Of a stretch of DNA of 64,000 nt, positions 12,215-23,870 are shown one piece after another (within the stretch, counting starts at the first letter, position 1; every line of letters starts with the position of its first letter). A program made the translations under genes and the position numbers. Source of the stretch: Octopus sinensis (lineage: Eukaryota); the NCBI RefSeq assembly GCF_006345805.1, contig NC_043011.1:2294001-2358000 (forward strand). The letters run 5' to 3'. The notes under the pieces are model-generated. The model searched no databases, was not told the origin of the DNA, and worked only from the letters and a program-made list of their open reading frames with translations.

Positions 12215-12601
12215 GGAAGCACTCCGTCGGTTACGACGACGAGGGTTCCGGTTGATCCGAATCAACAGAACAGCCTGCTCGTGAAATTAACGTGTAAGTG
12301 GCTGAGCACTCCACAGACACGTGTACCCTTAACGTAGTTCTCGGGGATATTCAGCGTGACACAGAGAGTGACAAGGCCGGCCCTTTGAAATACAGGTACA
12401 ACAGAAGCAGGAAGTAAGAGTGAGAGAAAGTTGTGGTGAAAGAGTACAGCAGGGATCACCACCATCCCCTGCCGGAGCCTCGTGGAGCTTTAGGTGTTTT
12501 TGCTCAATAAACACTCACAACGCCCGGTCTGGGAATCGAAACCGCGATCCTATGACCGTGAGTCCGCTGCCCTAACCACTGGGCCATTGCGCCTCCACAT
12601 G
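12215..12601 (-). mobile_element. tRNA-derived SINE family B, full length
   Basis: Head GGAGGCGCAATGGCCCAGTGGTTAGGGC...GGTTTCGATTCCC (A/B boxes); TSD ACTCGCTAT at 12206-12214 and 12602-12610. Confidence 0.92.
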
Positions 12602-12777
12602 ACTCGCTATATGAAGAGGAAGATTGCTAGCTACGTTGTGTTTCGGTGACTACTTCACATTTTCTTATTCAGTGTATGACATAACTATATAAGAACATAC
12701 ACTATGTTATCATTATGAAAGTACCTAAATTAATTTATACGACCATCAACATTAATGTTTGATGCTATAAATTTCAG

Positions 12778-12939
12778 ATTACCAAATTTGGAAATTCTAT
12801 TAAGAACAAGTTTATTACAAATTCATTGTGAATTAATGCAGCTAAAATGTGGAATCAATGACCATAAACATTTTGAAATACCTCTTATAAATCATTTATT
12901 GCAAACAGTTATTCTGATATTTGAAAATATTTTGAACAA
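12778..12939 (+). CDS. Weak candidate 162-nt exon LPNLEILLRTSLLQIHCELMQLKCG...
   Basis: tttcag acceptor, open frame, AA|GTAAAG donor; no homolog recognised. Confidence 0.2.
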
Positions 12940-13620
12940 GTAAAGAAAGTTTGTTGAAGCAGATAACCAGAATTGGCATACCTTTGAAATTCCTAAAGAA
13001 ATAAAAATGTTATATTTTCCAAAACTTTGATAAAAGTTGTTGAAGAGATTAAACAATTTATAAAGGGTGAAATGTTTTCTTCTCATAAAATATGCTAAAT
13101 ACTGTTGTTGATAAATACCACATTTGATTTCTTTAAACATGATTACATAGTTGCTTAATTTTTACTAAATTAAAACATAGTTGTTGATCATTAACAAGCT
13201 AAAATGAATAAAGTAAATTTAATAAAAAATAATTGAGCACTGCAGCCATTTCCAGAGGTAATTAAACAGTTTTCTGTTTAGAAAATAACCTATTGATTAG
13301 TTCTTTGCTTTCCTAGTTACTAATTGTAGGGTGGTAAGAAACTTTCCCAAGAGTTTCTTACCAATTTACAAACGATCAATATTTCTCATAATTTTTTCTA
13401 ACTCCCCTAAAGGTGATAATATTAGTTTTTATACCATAAATTCTTCTTGATTAAAAAAAGATTAAGATTAACCTTCAATATTAATTGCTGGTCAAAGAAA
13501 GGGAGATTTGAAAATAAACTGTTTACTTATACTATATTTAGATATATTTCAGCAACATTTGGTTGTGAACTGGTGATTACAGCTAGACATCTATTGATCT
13601 AAAGATCGTTTAGAAAAGAT

Positions 13621-14019
13621 ATGCAGGAGTGGCTGTGTGGTAAGTAGCTTGTTTACCAACCACATAGTTCCAGGTTCAGTCCCACTGCGTGGCACCTTGG
13701 GCAAGTGTCTTCTACTATAGTCTCGGGCCAAACAAAGTCTTGTGAGTGGATTTGGTAGACAGAAACTGAAAGAAGCCCGTCGTATATATGTATATATATA
13801 TATGCGTGTGTGTGTTTGTGTGTCTGTGTTTGTCCCCCTAGCATTGCTTGACAACCGATGCTGGTGTGTTTATGTCCCTGTTACTTAGCGGTTCGGCAAA
13901 AGAGACCAATAGAATAAGTACTGGGCTTACAAAAGAATAAGTCCCGGGGTCGAGTTGCTCGATTAAAGGCAGTGCTCCAGCATGGCCACAGTCGAATGAC
14001 TGAAACAAGTAAAAGAGTA
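13621..14019 (+). mobile_element. tRNA-derived SINE family A, full length
   Basis: GCAGGAGTGGCTGTGTGGTAAG...GGTTCAGTCCC head, internal (TA/TG)n, tail GAAACAAGTAAAAGAG. Confidence 0.92.
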
Positions 14020-14100
14020 GTGTTAAATTGAATAGTATTAAAATAATTTTCACCTTTTTTATTGTTGAATTCTATGAAAATTGAATATTGGTTCCATACA

Positions 14101-14404
14101 TGGAAGCACTCCGTCGGTTACGACGACGAGGATTCCGGTTGATCCGATCAACGGAACAGCCTGCTCGTGAAATTAACGTGTAAGTGGCTGAGCACTCCAC
14201 AGACACGTGTACCCTTAACACAGTTCTCGGGGATATTCAGCGTGACACAGAGAGTGACAAGGCTGGCCCTTTGAAATACAGGTACAACAGAAACAGGAAG
14301 TAAGAGTGAGAGAAAGTTGTAGTGAAAGAGTACAGCAGGGATCACCACCACGATCCTACGACTGCGAGTCTGCTGCCCTAACCACTGGGCCATTGCGCCT
14401 CCAC
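14101..14404 (-). mobile_element. SINE family B with internal deletion
   Basis: TSD GTTCCATACA on both sides; about 80 bp missing after GGGATCACCACCA. Confidence 0.9.
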
Positions 14405-14704
14405 AGTTCCATACATAGACAGAAGGTTTCACATTTCGGGGAAGAGAACTGACAAATATATCAATCGTTGTACTTGATTAGCATTTCAGTTCATTGACCA
14501 TGAAAGTGGGGAAAAGCAAATTTAATCCTATAAAATTTTGAACTCAGGACATAAAGAACCAGAACATATATCATAAAGTACTTTGTCTGATGCACTAAAA
14601 GTTCTACCAATCCATTTCTGTTATGAAAATTAATTATAGAAAACATGTTGATCTTTTTGTACTAATATACCAAAAAGGAAGTTGGACAAGAATAAAATGT
14701 TTTT

Positions 14705-14895
14705 TGGCATGTAAAAAGCACCCACTACACTCTCGGAGTGGTTGGCGTTAGGAAGGGCATCCAGCTGTAGAAACTCTGCCAAATCAAGACTGGAGCCTGG
14801 AGCAGCCATCTAGTTCACCAGCCCTTAGTCAAAATCGTCCAACCCATGCTAGCATGGAAAGCGAATATTAAACAATAATGATGATGATGATGATT
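14705..14895 (+). mobile_element. RTE 3'-UTR-derived repeat (family C)
   Basis: Body plus (GAT)n tail. Confidence 0.85.
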
Positions 14896-15269
14896 ATTAT
14901 TACACTTAAATAAGATAAGAAAATGGATTATGACATTGTTATTCTAAAGCTTTAGAGAAATATTTATTTTAGTGCTTGAATCTGCCTATCGTTCTATGCA
15001 ATGTTGATGGCATATACGTGTACTGCATTTCATTCAAATGGATATTGCCTCATGGATTGAAAATCTGGGTTAAAACTTCATAAATATTCTTGAGCCATTT
15101 TAAATGAAATTGTTAATTTTCGACTTTGACATCAAATTATGATTTTGAAAGGAAATGATATCATCAATAAAACTATCTCCCCTAAATTACTGCAATGTGG
15201 GAGGCCAACTGAGAAGGAAACCTCCACTTTGTTGCTCAACAATGCTTCACTTTTCTCATAACAAAAGTC

Positions 15270-15682
15270 GGATCTTTTCGGTTTGAACGGCAGTTTTTTC
15301 TAGCGGTATCATATAAAATTGTCACCCATAATTATGACCCTAGTATCGATCTATTGCATTTCAATCTGTTTTAGGGTTAGGGTTAGGGGTGGGGGGAAGG
15401 GTATCTTTTTTTTCTTCACAAATGTAAATAAACCCAATCTTTCTTAAACGAGGGACATATTCATATGGCACAGAATGTTTTCACCTCAATAGACGTCATT
15501 GATTGGCTGAAATTACAGAAATTGAAGCAAAAAACAACAAATGTCTTACAAACTATAGAATTTTCTCAATAAACCAAGAGAAAAAGATGTTTTATAAACA
15601 CATTCTACCAGTATACGAAGTTTAAAATTATTTAGTTACCAAGAAATTATGTTAAAAACTGCCGTTCAAACCGAAAAGATCC
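15270..15682 (+). mobile_element. 413-bp MITE with about 29-bp TIRs and 8-bp TSD (Merlin-like)
   Basis: TIR GGATCTTTTCGGTTTGAACGGCAGTTTTT; TSD CAAAAGTC at 15262-15269 and 15683-15690. Confidence 0.9.
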
Positions 15683-18074
15683 CAAAAGTCTATATAGTCA
15701 TGGCTTGAATGTCATTGGTCTTAGATTTACTCATTCAGGGTTGACTTGAAGAAATAAAAGGCACAGTCAACACCAAAAGCACTTGCATTCAATTTAGTCT
15801 CAATATGAAGATGAGATCGTCCCAACTGCAATGCTTTGATGATAGATCTGCTCTGTCACTTCTGGAACTTTTGCAGCAAATTCTTCATAAAACCGAAGAG
15901 GGAATAGTTAATATATTTAGCAAATTTTGTGGCTTCTGTCAAAATATTACTTTCTTCTTTATAATTTCCAATTAGTACAATTTCTGTATAATCACAAAGA
16001 AACTAATTACAGTCAATATTTGCCAATAAATAAATATAATAAAAAAGCGAAATGTGAAACTTTTTTCTCTTCAAGTTAAAGTTTTCTGCAACTTGTAAGC
16101 CAAAACATTTTAAAATTTTGTTTTTTACTGAAGGGAAATTTGTATTTTTAATTTTTTGTCTGTGAGAACTATTGTGTTGTTGATTCTGCTTCTTTTCATA
16201 ACTTAAAAATATTTTCTTTTTTCTTTCATATTTTGTTGATCAATGAATAGGTAAGTTCCTTAACTTTCTTCAATGTATATTTATTTGCTTGTCCATTCAT
16301 ATATTATCTTTATCATCCTATGTATCTACACACCCACACTCACGTGTGCGCACACACACACATAAGCCCTCAAAATTTGGTAAGATCAACGTGGTTCGAT
16401 GTTTGCCTCGAAGAGCTTGAAATAGGATGTGTAATGTGCATACATGGTCTACATTGCAGGAACCTATCCTGAATAGATGCAGTATTAATTACATCCTGTT
16501 AATAATGAGTGAAACATGCATGGAAGAACAAAAATAAAATAAACAAGATCAATTTTTTTTAATGTTTTTTTCAAATGGTAAGCAGCATCAAAAAATACAT
16601 CTGTGCTTCTTTGAAAAAAAAATTAAAAAAATAAAATACCACTCAAAACTATTTACTAAAAGACAGTTTTTTATGCATTTGATATATGTCTGCTTATATT
16701 TTTTTCTTGTGATATGTATTTCAGATATTCTACTATACTAGCAGAATCAATGAATCAAAATGACTTAAGGATAAACATGTTTCAAATCTACATTTAAACC
16801 ACGTTTTCAGATAAATGTAAAAACAAAATAGCTCTGTTTTCCAAAGAAGAATTAACTGTAATCTTTGCTTAAAAAGAAACTTTAAGAAAAAAATTAACTT
16901 AAAAAAAAAAAATCATTTAAAAACAAGACTTGTTTTATTTGTATTTTGTCCCTAGATACTGCTGTCACAAAAATAAGTAATCCCTTCACTACACAATTGA
17001 TGTATGTTTGCATTGATTTGTTTCATGTAAGAAAACTAACTTTAGATAAAAAAAGAAATTAAATTAAAAAAGTGATATGAAATATAAATGTTTTTCTTAT
17101 ATTGAAAACATAACAGTAATAAATAGAAAATAAATGATTCTAAAATAACTTATCGAGTGCAATGTAAATTTTCAGGAAGCATGAATGATTGTTGAAAGCA
17201 AAAGGTTGACATTCTTCAATGCCAACAATTAAGTTGTTTTATAGGCACATGACTTTTGATTCATATAGTTCAGCAATTCTCAACCTTTTACCATCATGAC
17301 CCATTTTGGCAAATCAATAATTCTCCGTCACTCTTATCTTAATACCTAAATAAAATCAGTTCTCCAAAAATATATATTTCAATGGTGTGTACATAATATT
17401 TAGTGTTCCTCTTGGGGAAAATATTCCTCAGATTTTGTATGCAGTAAATGCTGTGTTGTAGTTCTGTACATTTATGGATAAAGGCTACATGTTACATGTT
17501 ACATGTCACATATCTGTCTTTGTTAATAATACCTTTCAGAATTACCCAATATTAGAGCTGCTAAAATAGGATTAAGTGATAAGACAAGAGAAGAATCATG
17601 ACTGGAAATCTATAATCTCAATACTGGTAACCGAGTAGACTCTGCTAACGGCTTTCAAGAGGCTCACAGAGGTGTTAAACTGAGCAATGAATCTATTAAT
17701 AAGGATATCTGAATGCTGGTAACTCAGTAGATTAAGCTAAAAGTGTGGAAAAACTCACAGTGGAGTTAAATTGAGTAATTAAACTCTATTAACAATATTT
17801 CAAGTTGGCTAAGTAGAGTCTTCTGAAAGTTCTCAATGGTTACATGGTGGTGTTTATTTGATGACCAGCTTTATCTTCCAGGAAAAAAAAAAGCACAGTC
17901 AGTCTAATGAAATTTTACACATTTCCTGTTTCACTAGTTTTGTTCACAAGGCTTAGGTGACCTGAATCCATAATAGAGGACACTTCTCCAATGTGCAGCA
18001 CAGTGGGATCAAAAACAGTACATGTGATTGCCAAATCTGCATCTATAAATCTAGGGACATATTATTGGGAATAC

Positions 18075-18400
18075 ATAATCATAAATGTTGTGATACCAGT
18101 GCTGAACCATCCAAACGTGGCCGTTGCCAGCCTCGTCTGGCCCCCGTGCCGGTGTCATGTAAAATGCACCATCCGATCGTGGCCGTTTGCCAGCCTCATC
18201 TGTCACCTGTGCTGGTGGCACGTAAAAAGCATCCACTACACTCACGGAGTGGTTGGCATTAGGAAGGGCATCCAGCTGTAGAAACACTGCCAGATCAGAC
18301 TGGGCCTGGCGCAGCCTTCTGGCTTCCCAGTCCTCAGTCAAACCGTCCAACCCATGCTAGCATGGAAAACGGACGTTAAACGATGATGATGATGATGATG
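18075..18400 (+). mobile_element. RTE 3'-UTR-derived repeat (family C)
   Basis: Two GGCAC-TAAAA-GCA units, body, (GAT)n tail. Confidence 0.85.
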
Positions 18401-18656
18401 TTGCTTGACATTTCTATTTAACTACAGAAGTAGTTTTCCTCATCAATGTCTTATTGTTATGTTTATGTGGTTGCTCAACCTGTTAAAGATAGCAGCAAAA
18501 TCTTACTCAATTTACTTCCTCCCCAACCATCCTAAAAAGGAAGTATACAGAGAATTTTGTAGTCATGTATATACTATGCCTGACCAATGAACACATGATG
18601 ATCATGGCCTTAATCCTTGGTCTGATTGATTAGGGTCAACTGAGAGCTAAAGAACA

Positions 18657-19104
18657 ATCATCATCATCATTGTTCGACCGTGGTCGAGACAATGGAATTT
18701 ACCATGCTACGCCAGACTTCATGGTCCATCATGGCAATATGGAGGTCCTGTTGCTGGATGCCTGTATCCCTGGAGATTACATCAGGGTAGGAGAGTGTGC
18801 ACCCTCTGGTAATGCAAGTAGATGGCTTCCAGAGGAGAAGAGTAGAAATTACCTCGTTTTCAGCTCTACAACAATGTCCAGCAAACTGGACTCTCCTACC
18901 TTTCACAAGAGATGACACAGGTGGTAGTTTCCCATATATTTGCATTTTGGTTGGATGACGCTTCCACGAGAGATTTTGAGCTCTCATAAGGAGGCGAGTG
19001 TAGGTTCCATCCAACCACCTCTCAAGCTTCTTTGATAACGTCCAGGTTTCTGAGCCATATAGTAGAATTGGTTCGACTGTGGCTTTGAAGATTTCAAGTT
19101 TCAA
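18657..19104 (-). mobile_element. 5'-truncated RTE-clade LINE (ORF C-terminus plus (TGA)n tail)
   Basis: FKATVEPILLYGSETWTL...FAGHCCRA...W; stop followed directly by TGA repeats. Confidence 0.9.
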
Positions 19105-19446
19105 CAATAATAATAATAAAAAAACAATAATAATAATAATAACTACAACCACAGTGTCTTTCCTGTTCTATTTGCAAAGACTCCACATTATTATAAAAAT
19201 GTATATCCATGAATACCATATTGTGCTGTCTCCATAAATACTGCAAACCTTATATTGCCTTAAATTAAAGAGTCATGAGATAAAGAGAACATTGAAACAC
19301 TGGAACTCATCTCTCTATATTTTTATCTTTTAAAAGATAAGCAACAATCATGTAATGGTGTCAATTTAATTATATCTCAGCTATACAAAACTTGTGGCCT
19401 CACACTCATGTAGGTATGTGTTAATCCTTAATTTCTTTTTTTTTAA

Positions 19447-19655
19447 CAGCAGCACGGAATTTTGTCAGTGAACAGGTCCCAGTTTCAAAGGGATGAAAAT
19501 ATTTTGACAAATTAAATTTAAAATGCTGAAGTGAATCTAATGGTTTTGGTGTGTTTTTAAATGGGTTATAAACACCTTCCATACTACAATTGTTTTTGTT
19601 TCAGCACACGATCTCAGATCAGGTCACTTGCTAGGCAAGGACATCTCTGTAATAC
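19447..19655 (+). mobile_element. Repeat carrying the G3:C8 HHR-like motif (same family as 41998-42350)
   Basis: Colinear with 42151-42352; motif at 19461-19511. Confidence 0.75.
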
Positions 19656-19947
19656 TTTTTTTTAGTTCTTAGTGAACTTGGGGTAAACAACTTAGAGTGA
19701 AAAGTGAGCTCTCTTTCCTTGTTTAAGTGAATTCACTTTACTTACATAGCTACTACCGCTAAAAATATCATAAATATTACTCTATTGTATTTCTCTTGCG
19801 AAATAAATTACTGATCGTATGCCTTTTGAAGAAATTAATATGTCTTTAATTCTTCAGCTAGATTTGTTAGTTTTATATTTTATATAAATTTTATTGACCA
19901 TTCAAATGGATTATCATATTCAAAATCAGCCAAGACTTTGCAAGCTT

Positions 19948-20249
19948 TGGACATTGATAGAAAAATATCAGTAGATATGTTTGTGTGTAAATGGCATTTG
20001 TGAGCGAATGTATGTGTGTATCTATGAGATTACATGTGTGTATGTGTGTATGTAAGTGAGTGCATGTGTGTTAAGTATTTAGATCCGTTCTGTGCCAGTG
20101 GACATTGATAGAAAAATATCAGTAGATATGTTTGTGTGTAAATGGCATTTGTGAGCGAATGTATGTGTGTATCTATGAGATTACATGTGTGTATGTGTGT
20201 ATGTAAGTGAGTGCATGTGTGTTAAGTATTTAGATCCGTTCTGTGCCAG
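19948..20249 (+). repeat. Perfect 2 x 151-bp tandem duplication
   Basis: TGGACATTGATAG...TGTGCCAG repeated at 19948 and 20099. Confidence 0.95.
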
Positions 20250-20639
20250 TATATCTTTTTACAAATTGTTACTGACATTGTTCAGCTACCCCCATTTGCC
20301 AATGCAGAATATATTTTTGGTACAGTACTGCTGATCAAACTAAATATTTGATTGACATTTTGAGCTAAGACCATTGCATTAACCTTGTGGAATATTGTCA
20401 AGCCTGCTGTCATAACATATAAGATTGATATACAAAACAATATTTCACCACAATGGCCACAAAGCCAGTAAAACTATATATAGCCATTATTTTAAAGACT
20501 GTAGGGAATCTGTTGAAGGAGATGTGGTTGCAGCATTGCACAGGTGGATCAGTTCCATCACCCTTACCATTCAGTCAGTAAATGCAGGGGAATTATTAAA
20601 ATGAAGAAATACGCTCAAATTGCTTTATATATTTTAGTA

Positions 20640-21038
20640 TACTCTTTACTCTTTTACTTGTTTCAGTCATTTGACTGCAGCCATGCTGGAGCACCGCCTT
20701 TAGTCGAGCAAATCGACCCCGGAACTTATTCTTTGTAAGCCCAGTACTTATTCTATCGGTCTCTTTTGCCAAACCGCTAAGTGACGGGGACGTAAACACA
20801 CCAGCATCGGTTGTCAAGCAAACACACACACACAAAAACACACACATACACACATATATATATATATATACACATATATACGACAGGCTTCTTTCAGTTT
20901 CCGTCTACCAAATCCACTCACAAGGCATTGGTCGGCCCGGGGCTATAGCAGAAGACACTTGGCCAAGATGCCACACAGTGGGACTGAACCCGGAACCATG
21001 TGGTTGGTTAGCAAGCTACTTACCACACAGCCACTCCT
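20640..21038 (-). mobile_element. SINE family A
   Basis: Matches the family consensus. Confidence 0.92.
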
Positions 21039-21771
21039 TATGATGCATAAGTTGAACAAAGGCAGATAATTTTGGCTGCATATGTTCTGTGCAGCAGGTG
21101 GTGAGTGACTTAAAAGCAGAAAATGACAAAAGCCTGTCATCTTCAGCAATGTAGAAGTGGATGTAGGACAGCAACTGCTGCTTGGTGGGGAATATGGGCT
21201 GGGCACAATAGAACTCCTCTAATCAACTGGTGTTGGCAGAGCAAAATGACATTTAATAAATAGGGATACTTTCCCTCCAACAATAATATAAGTCACTGTG
21301 GAACAGACCACAAAACTATAAAATTACCTGTTGAGATGCTCTCTTATGTAAAAACCATAGATTGTTGTTGTTGTTGATCTAGTACAGTGAAAAAGCAGAG
21401 AAATTTTTTGCTGGACAAAGTTTAAGTGAATATGAAGAGAACAGAGCAAGAGGAAAAGTGAGACAACAGAATGCTGGGTTAGTTATCTTTATCTGTTATC
21501 TTCCACTTGTTTCAGTCATTGGACTGTGGCCATACTGGGGCACACCCTTGAAGGGTTTTGGTCTGATACTTACTCTATCTGTCTCTTTAACTGAACTACT
21601 AAGTTAAGGAGACCTAAACAAGCTAACACTAGTTTTCAAGCAGCAGGAGGAGAAAAGCACGAACATACAACGGTGGTGCCCCAGCATTGCCACAGCCTTC
21701 GGGCTGAAACATTTTTAAGGATTTAAGGATATACATACATACGTACATACATCCATACATAAATAAATGTG

Positions 21772-21808
<37 letters not shown>

Positions 21809-22080
21809 TCAAATAAAAATACAAAATGCACTGAAATATTTATGCTGAAAAAAATATACTTATGAAATATATTTACAAAGTTGATCAGTTTCGCCTGTTT
21901 AGCTAATCACAGTGAACAATTAGTGATGTAATAATAGCATTTCAAACTGTGTTGTCATGACTATCCAAACAAGTGAAATCGGTTGACTTCATAAACATAT
22001 TTTTTTAACATAAATATTGCAGTGAATTTTCCTTTTTAATTTCACTATAGTTCTCCATGTGTCACATCTTTAAAGAATGC

Positions 22081-23870
22081 TTTATTGTCCTCTCTCCATA
22101 CACAGTGTTCCACTGTCTTCTTTCTATAAACATTGTTTTTCTGTTTTCTCTCAGTAAATCATGCCTATCTGCTTAGTTTCTCAATTGTCTGCATCTATGT
22201 GACCATTTGCCTCCAATATATTACCTAACACAGCTGTCTTTTTGATCATACCTATAGATATTGCCTCACTCTCCTGTCTTTTTAAGAATTTGATGGACTG
22301 TTCAATTTCTTTTTTTTTCTTTATTGCCCACAAGGAGCTAAACATAGAGGGGACAAACAAGGACAGACAAAGGGATTAAGTTGATTACATCGACCCCCAG
22401 TGTGTGACTGGTACTTAATTTATTGACTCCGAAAGGATGAAAGGCAAAGTGGACCTTGGCGGAATTTGAACTCAGAATGTAACGGCAGACGAAATACCGC
22501 TAAACATTTTGCCTAATATTTCGTGCTAACGTTTCTGCCAATTCGCCGCCTTGTTCAATTTCTGTCTACCAAATTCACTCACAAGGTATTGGTCAGATCA
22601 GGGCTACAGTAGAAGTCACTTGCTCAAGGTGCTATGCAATGAGACAGCCCAAAACCATGAGATTTGGGATGCAAGGTTCTAACTACATTGCAATGACTGC
22701 ACCTTTTGTGTACAGAACAACTAGGTGAATGGTCTACAGAAACTGTAGAAATGAAATGTTAATACTGTTTCAGGCACCATAGTGTGTCTGTGGTTGAGAT
22801 ATCTAACTTTCTTAGTTCCATCTAAATATAAAGGCATGTTTTGTTCTCTATAAGTAATGGTAGGACTGTAGCTCATTGGTTTATTCAGTGAGGCAATATC
22901 TATAGGCCTGATCAAAAGACAGAAGCATGAAGTAAAATAATAGGGGCAAATGATCCCATTGATGCAGACAATTGAGACACTGGACAGATAGGCATGATTT
23001 GTATGTCTTTTGCTACCAAATGATCATCCAGTATTCTATCCAGGGAAGGATTTCTCTCTTAGTTGATAAATGCTGCATAAACCAAAATTAAGTTCCAACT
23101 GCAAGAATTTTAGCATTCCTGAAAGACTAAGCCAGTGGTATCCTACCATGGCCACAGCCTTAGAGCTGAAACATATAAAAGAATAAAAGACTATGAGATC
23201 CTTATAAATCTCTCCCCTCATTCTATTCTCACTCACACCAAGCGTGTTCTAATTTACACTTGTGAACAGTTATTTTCATACTTTTTATGATTTTGTCATC
23301 CAGATTTGAATTCATTTCAAAATATTAGTGCAGTAATCTGATAAACAAATTAACAAAACAGGAATGTTAGTAAACAAGGATTAAACCTAATGCCCAAAGA
23401 TTTAAGTGAGTCTTAATTCATGAATCAACTAAAACATCTACTGAGTAGATATCTGTTTAGTTTGATTGGAAATGAAATGTTAATTTACTTTTAGACATAT
23501 TCTGCTGATAGTGTATTAATTATTCCTTTCATGATAAGTGAATCATTTCTTTATCATTAATATTATCTTACAGTCATATCTTAATGATATGATTTGACTT
23601 AATTTTTTTCTATCTCTATAGAGGTTTACTATTGTGTTGCATCCTCAGAGAATACTTTATTATCCTCTCTTTATATACAGTGCTTCACTATCTTCTTTCT
23701 ATAAACATTGTTTTTCTGTTTTCTCTCTGTAAATCATGCCTATCTGTCCAGTTTCTCAATTGTCTGCGTTGATGTGATCATTTGCCTCCAATATATTACC
23801 TTACACTGTTGCCTTTTGATCATACCTTTAGATATTGCCTCAAACTCCTGCCTTTTTAAGAGTTTGATTT
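22081..23870. repeat. Three copies of an unclassified 120-230 bp repeat (direct, inverted, direct)
   Basis: 22081-22310 (+), 22885-23000 (-) and 23655-23870 (+) share GATCA..CCT.TAGATATTGCCTCA and CAATTGTCTGC. Confidence 0.75.
22320..22552 (-). mobile_element. SINE family E
   Basis: Colinear with 9105-9335. Confidence 0.85.

Noticed and set aside
12215-12601. tRNA genes in SINE heads
   Set aside because: Only A/B-box heads fused to SINE bodies with TSDs; no complete cloverleaf.
13323-13355. 11-bp-stem hairpin GGTAAGAAACT/AGTTTCTTACC (also small palindromes near 52510, 55742 and 60568)
   Set aside because: Isolated short hairpins with no supporting context.
15398-15420. Chromosome end or interstitial telomere
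   Set aside because: Only 2-3 TTAGGG units (position approximate), internal to a MITE.
22816-22915. Minus-strand exon RPIDIASLNKP...
   Set aside because: Its acceptor and first codons lie in the inverted copy of the 22.1/23.7-kb repeat.
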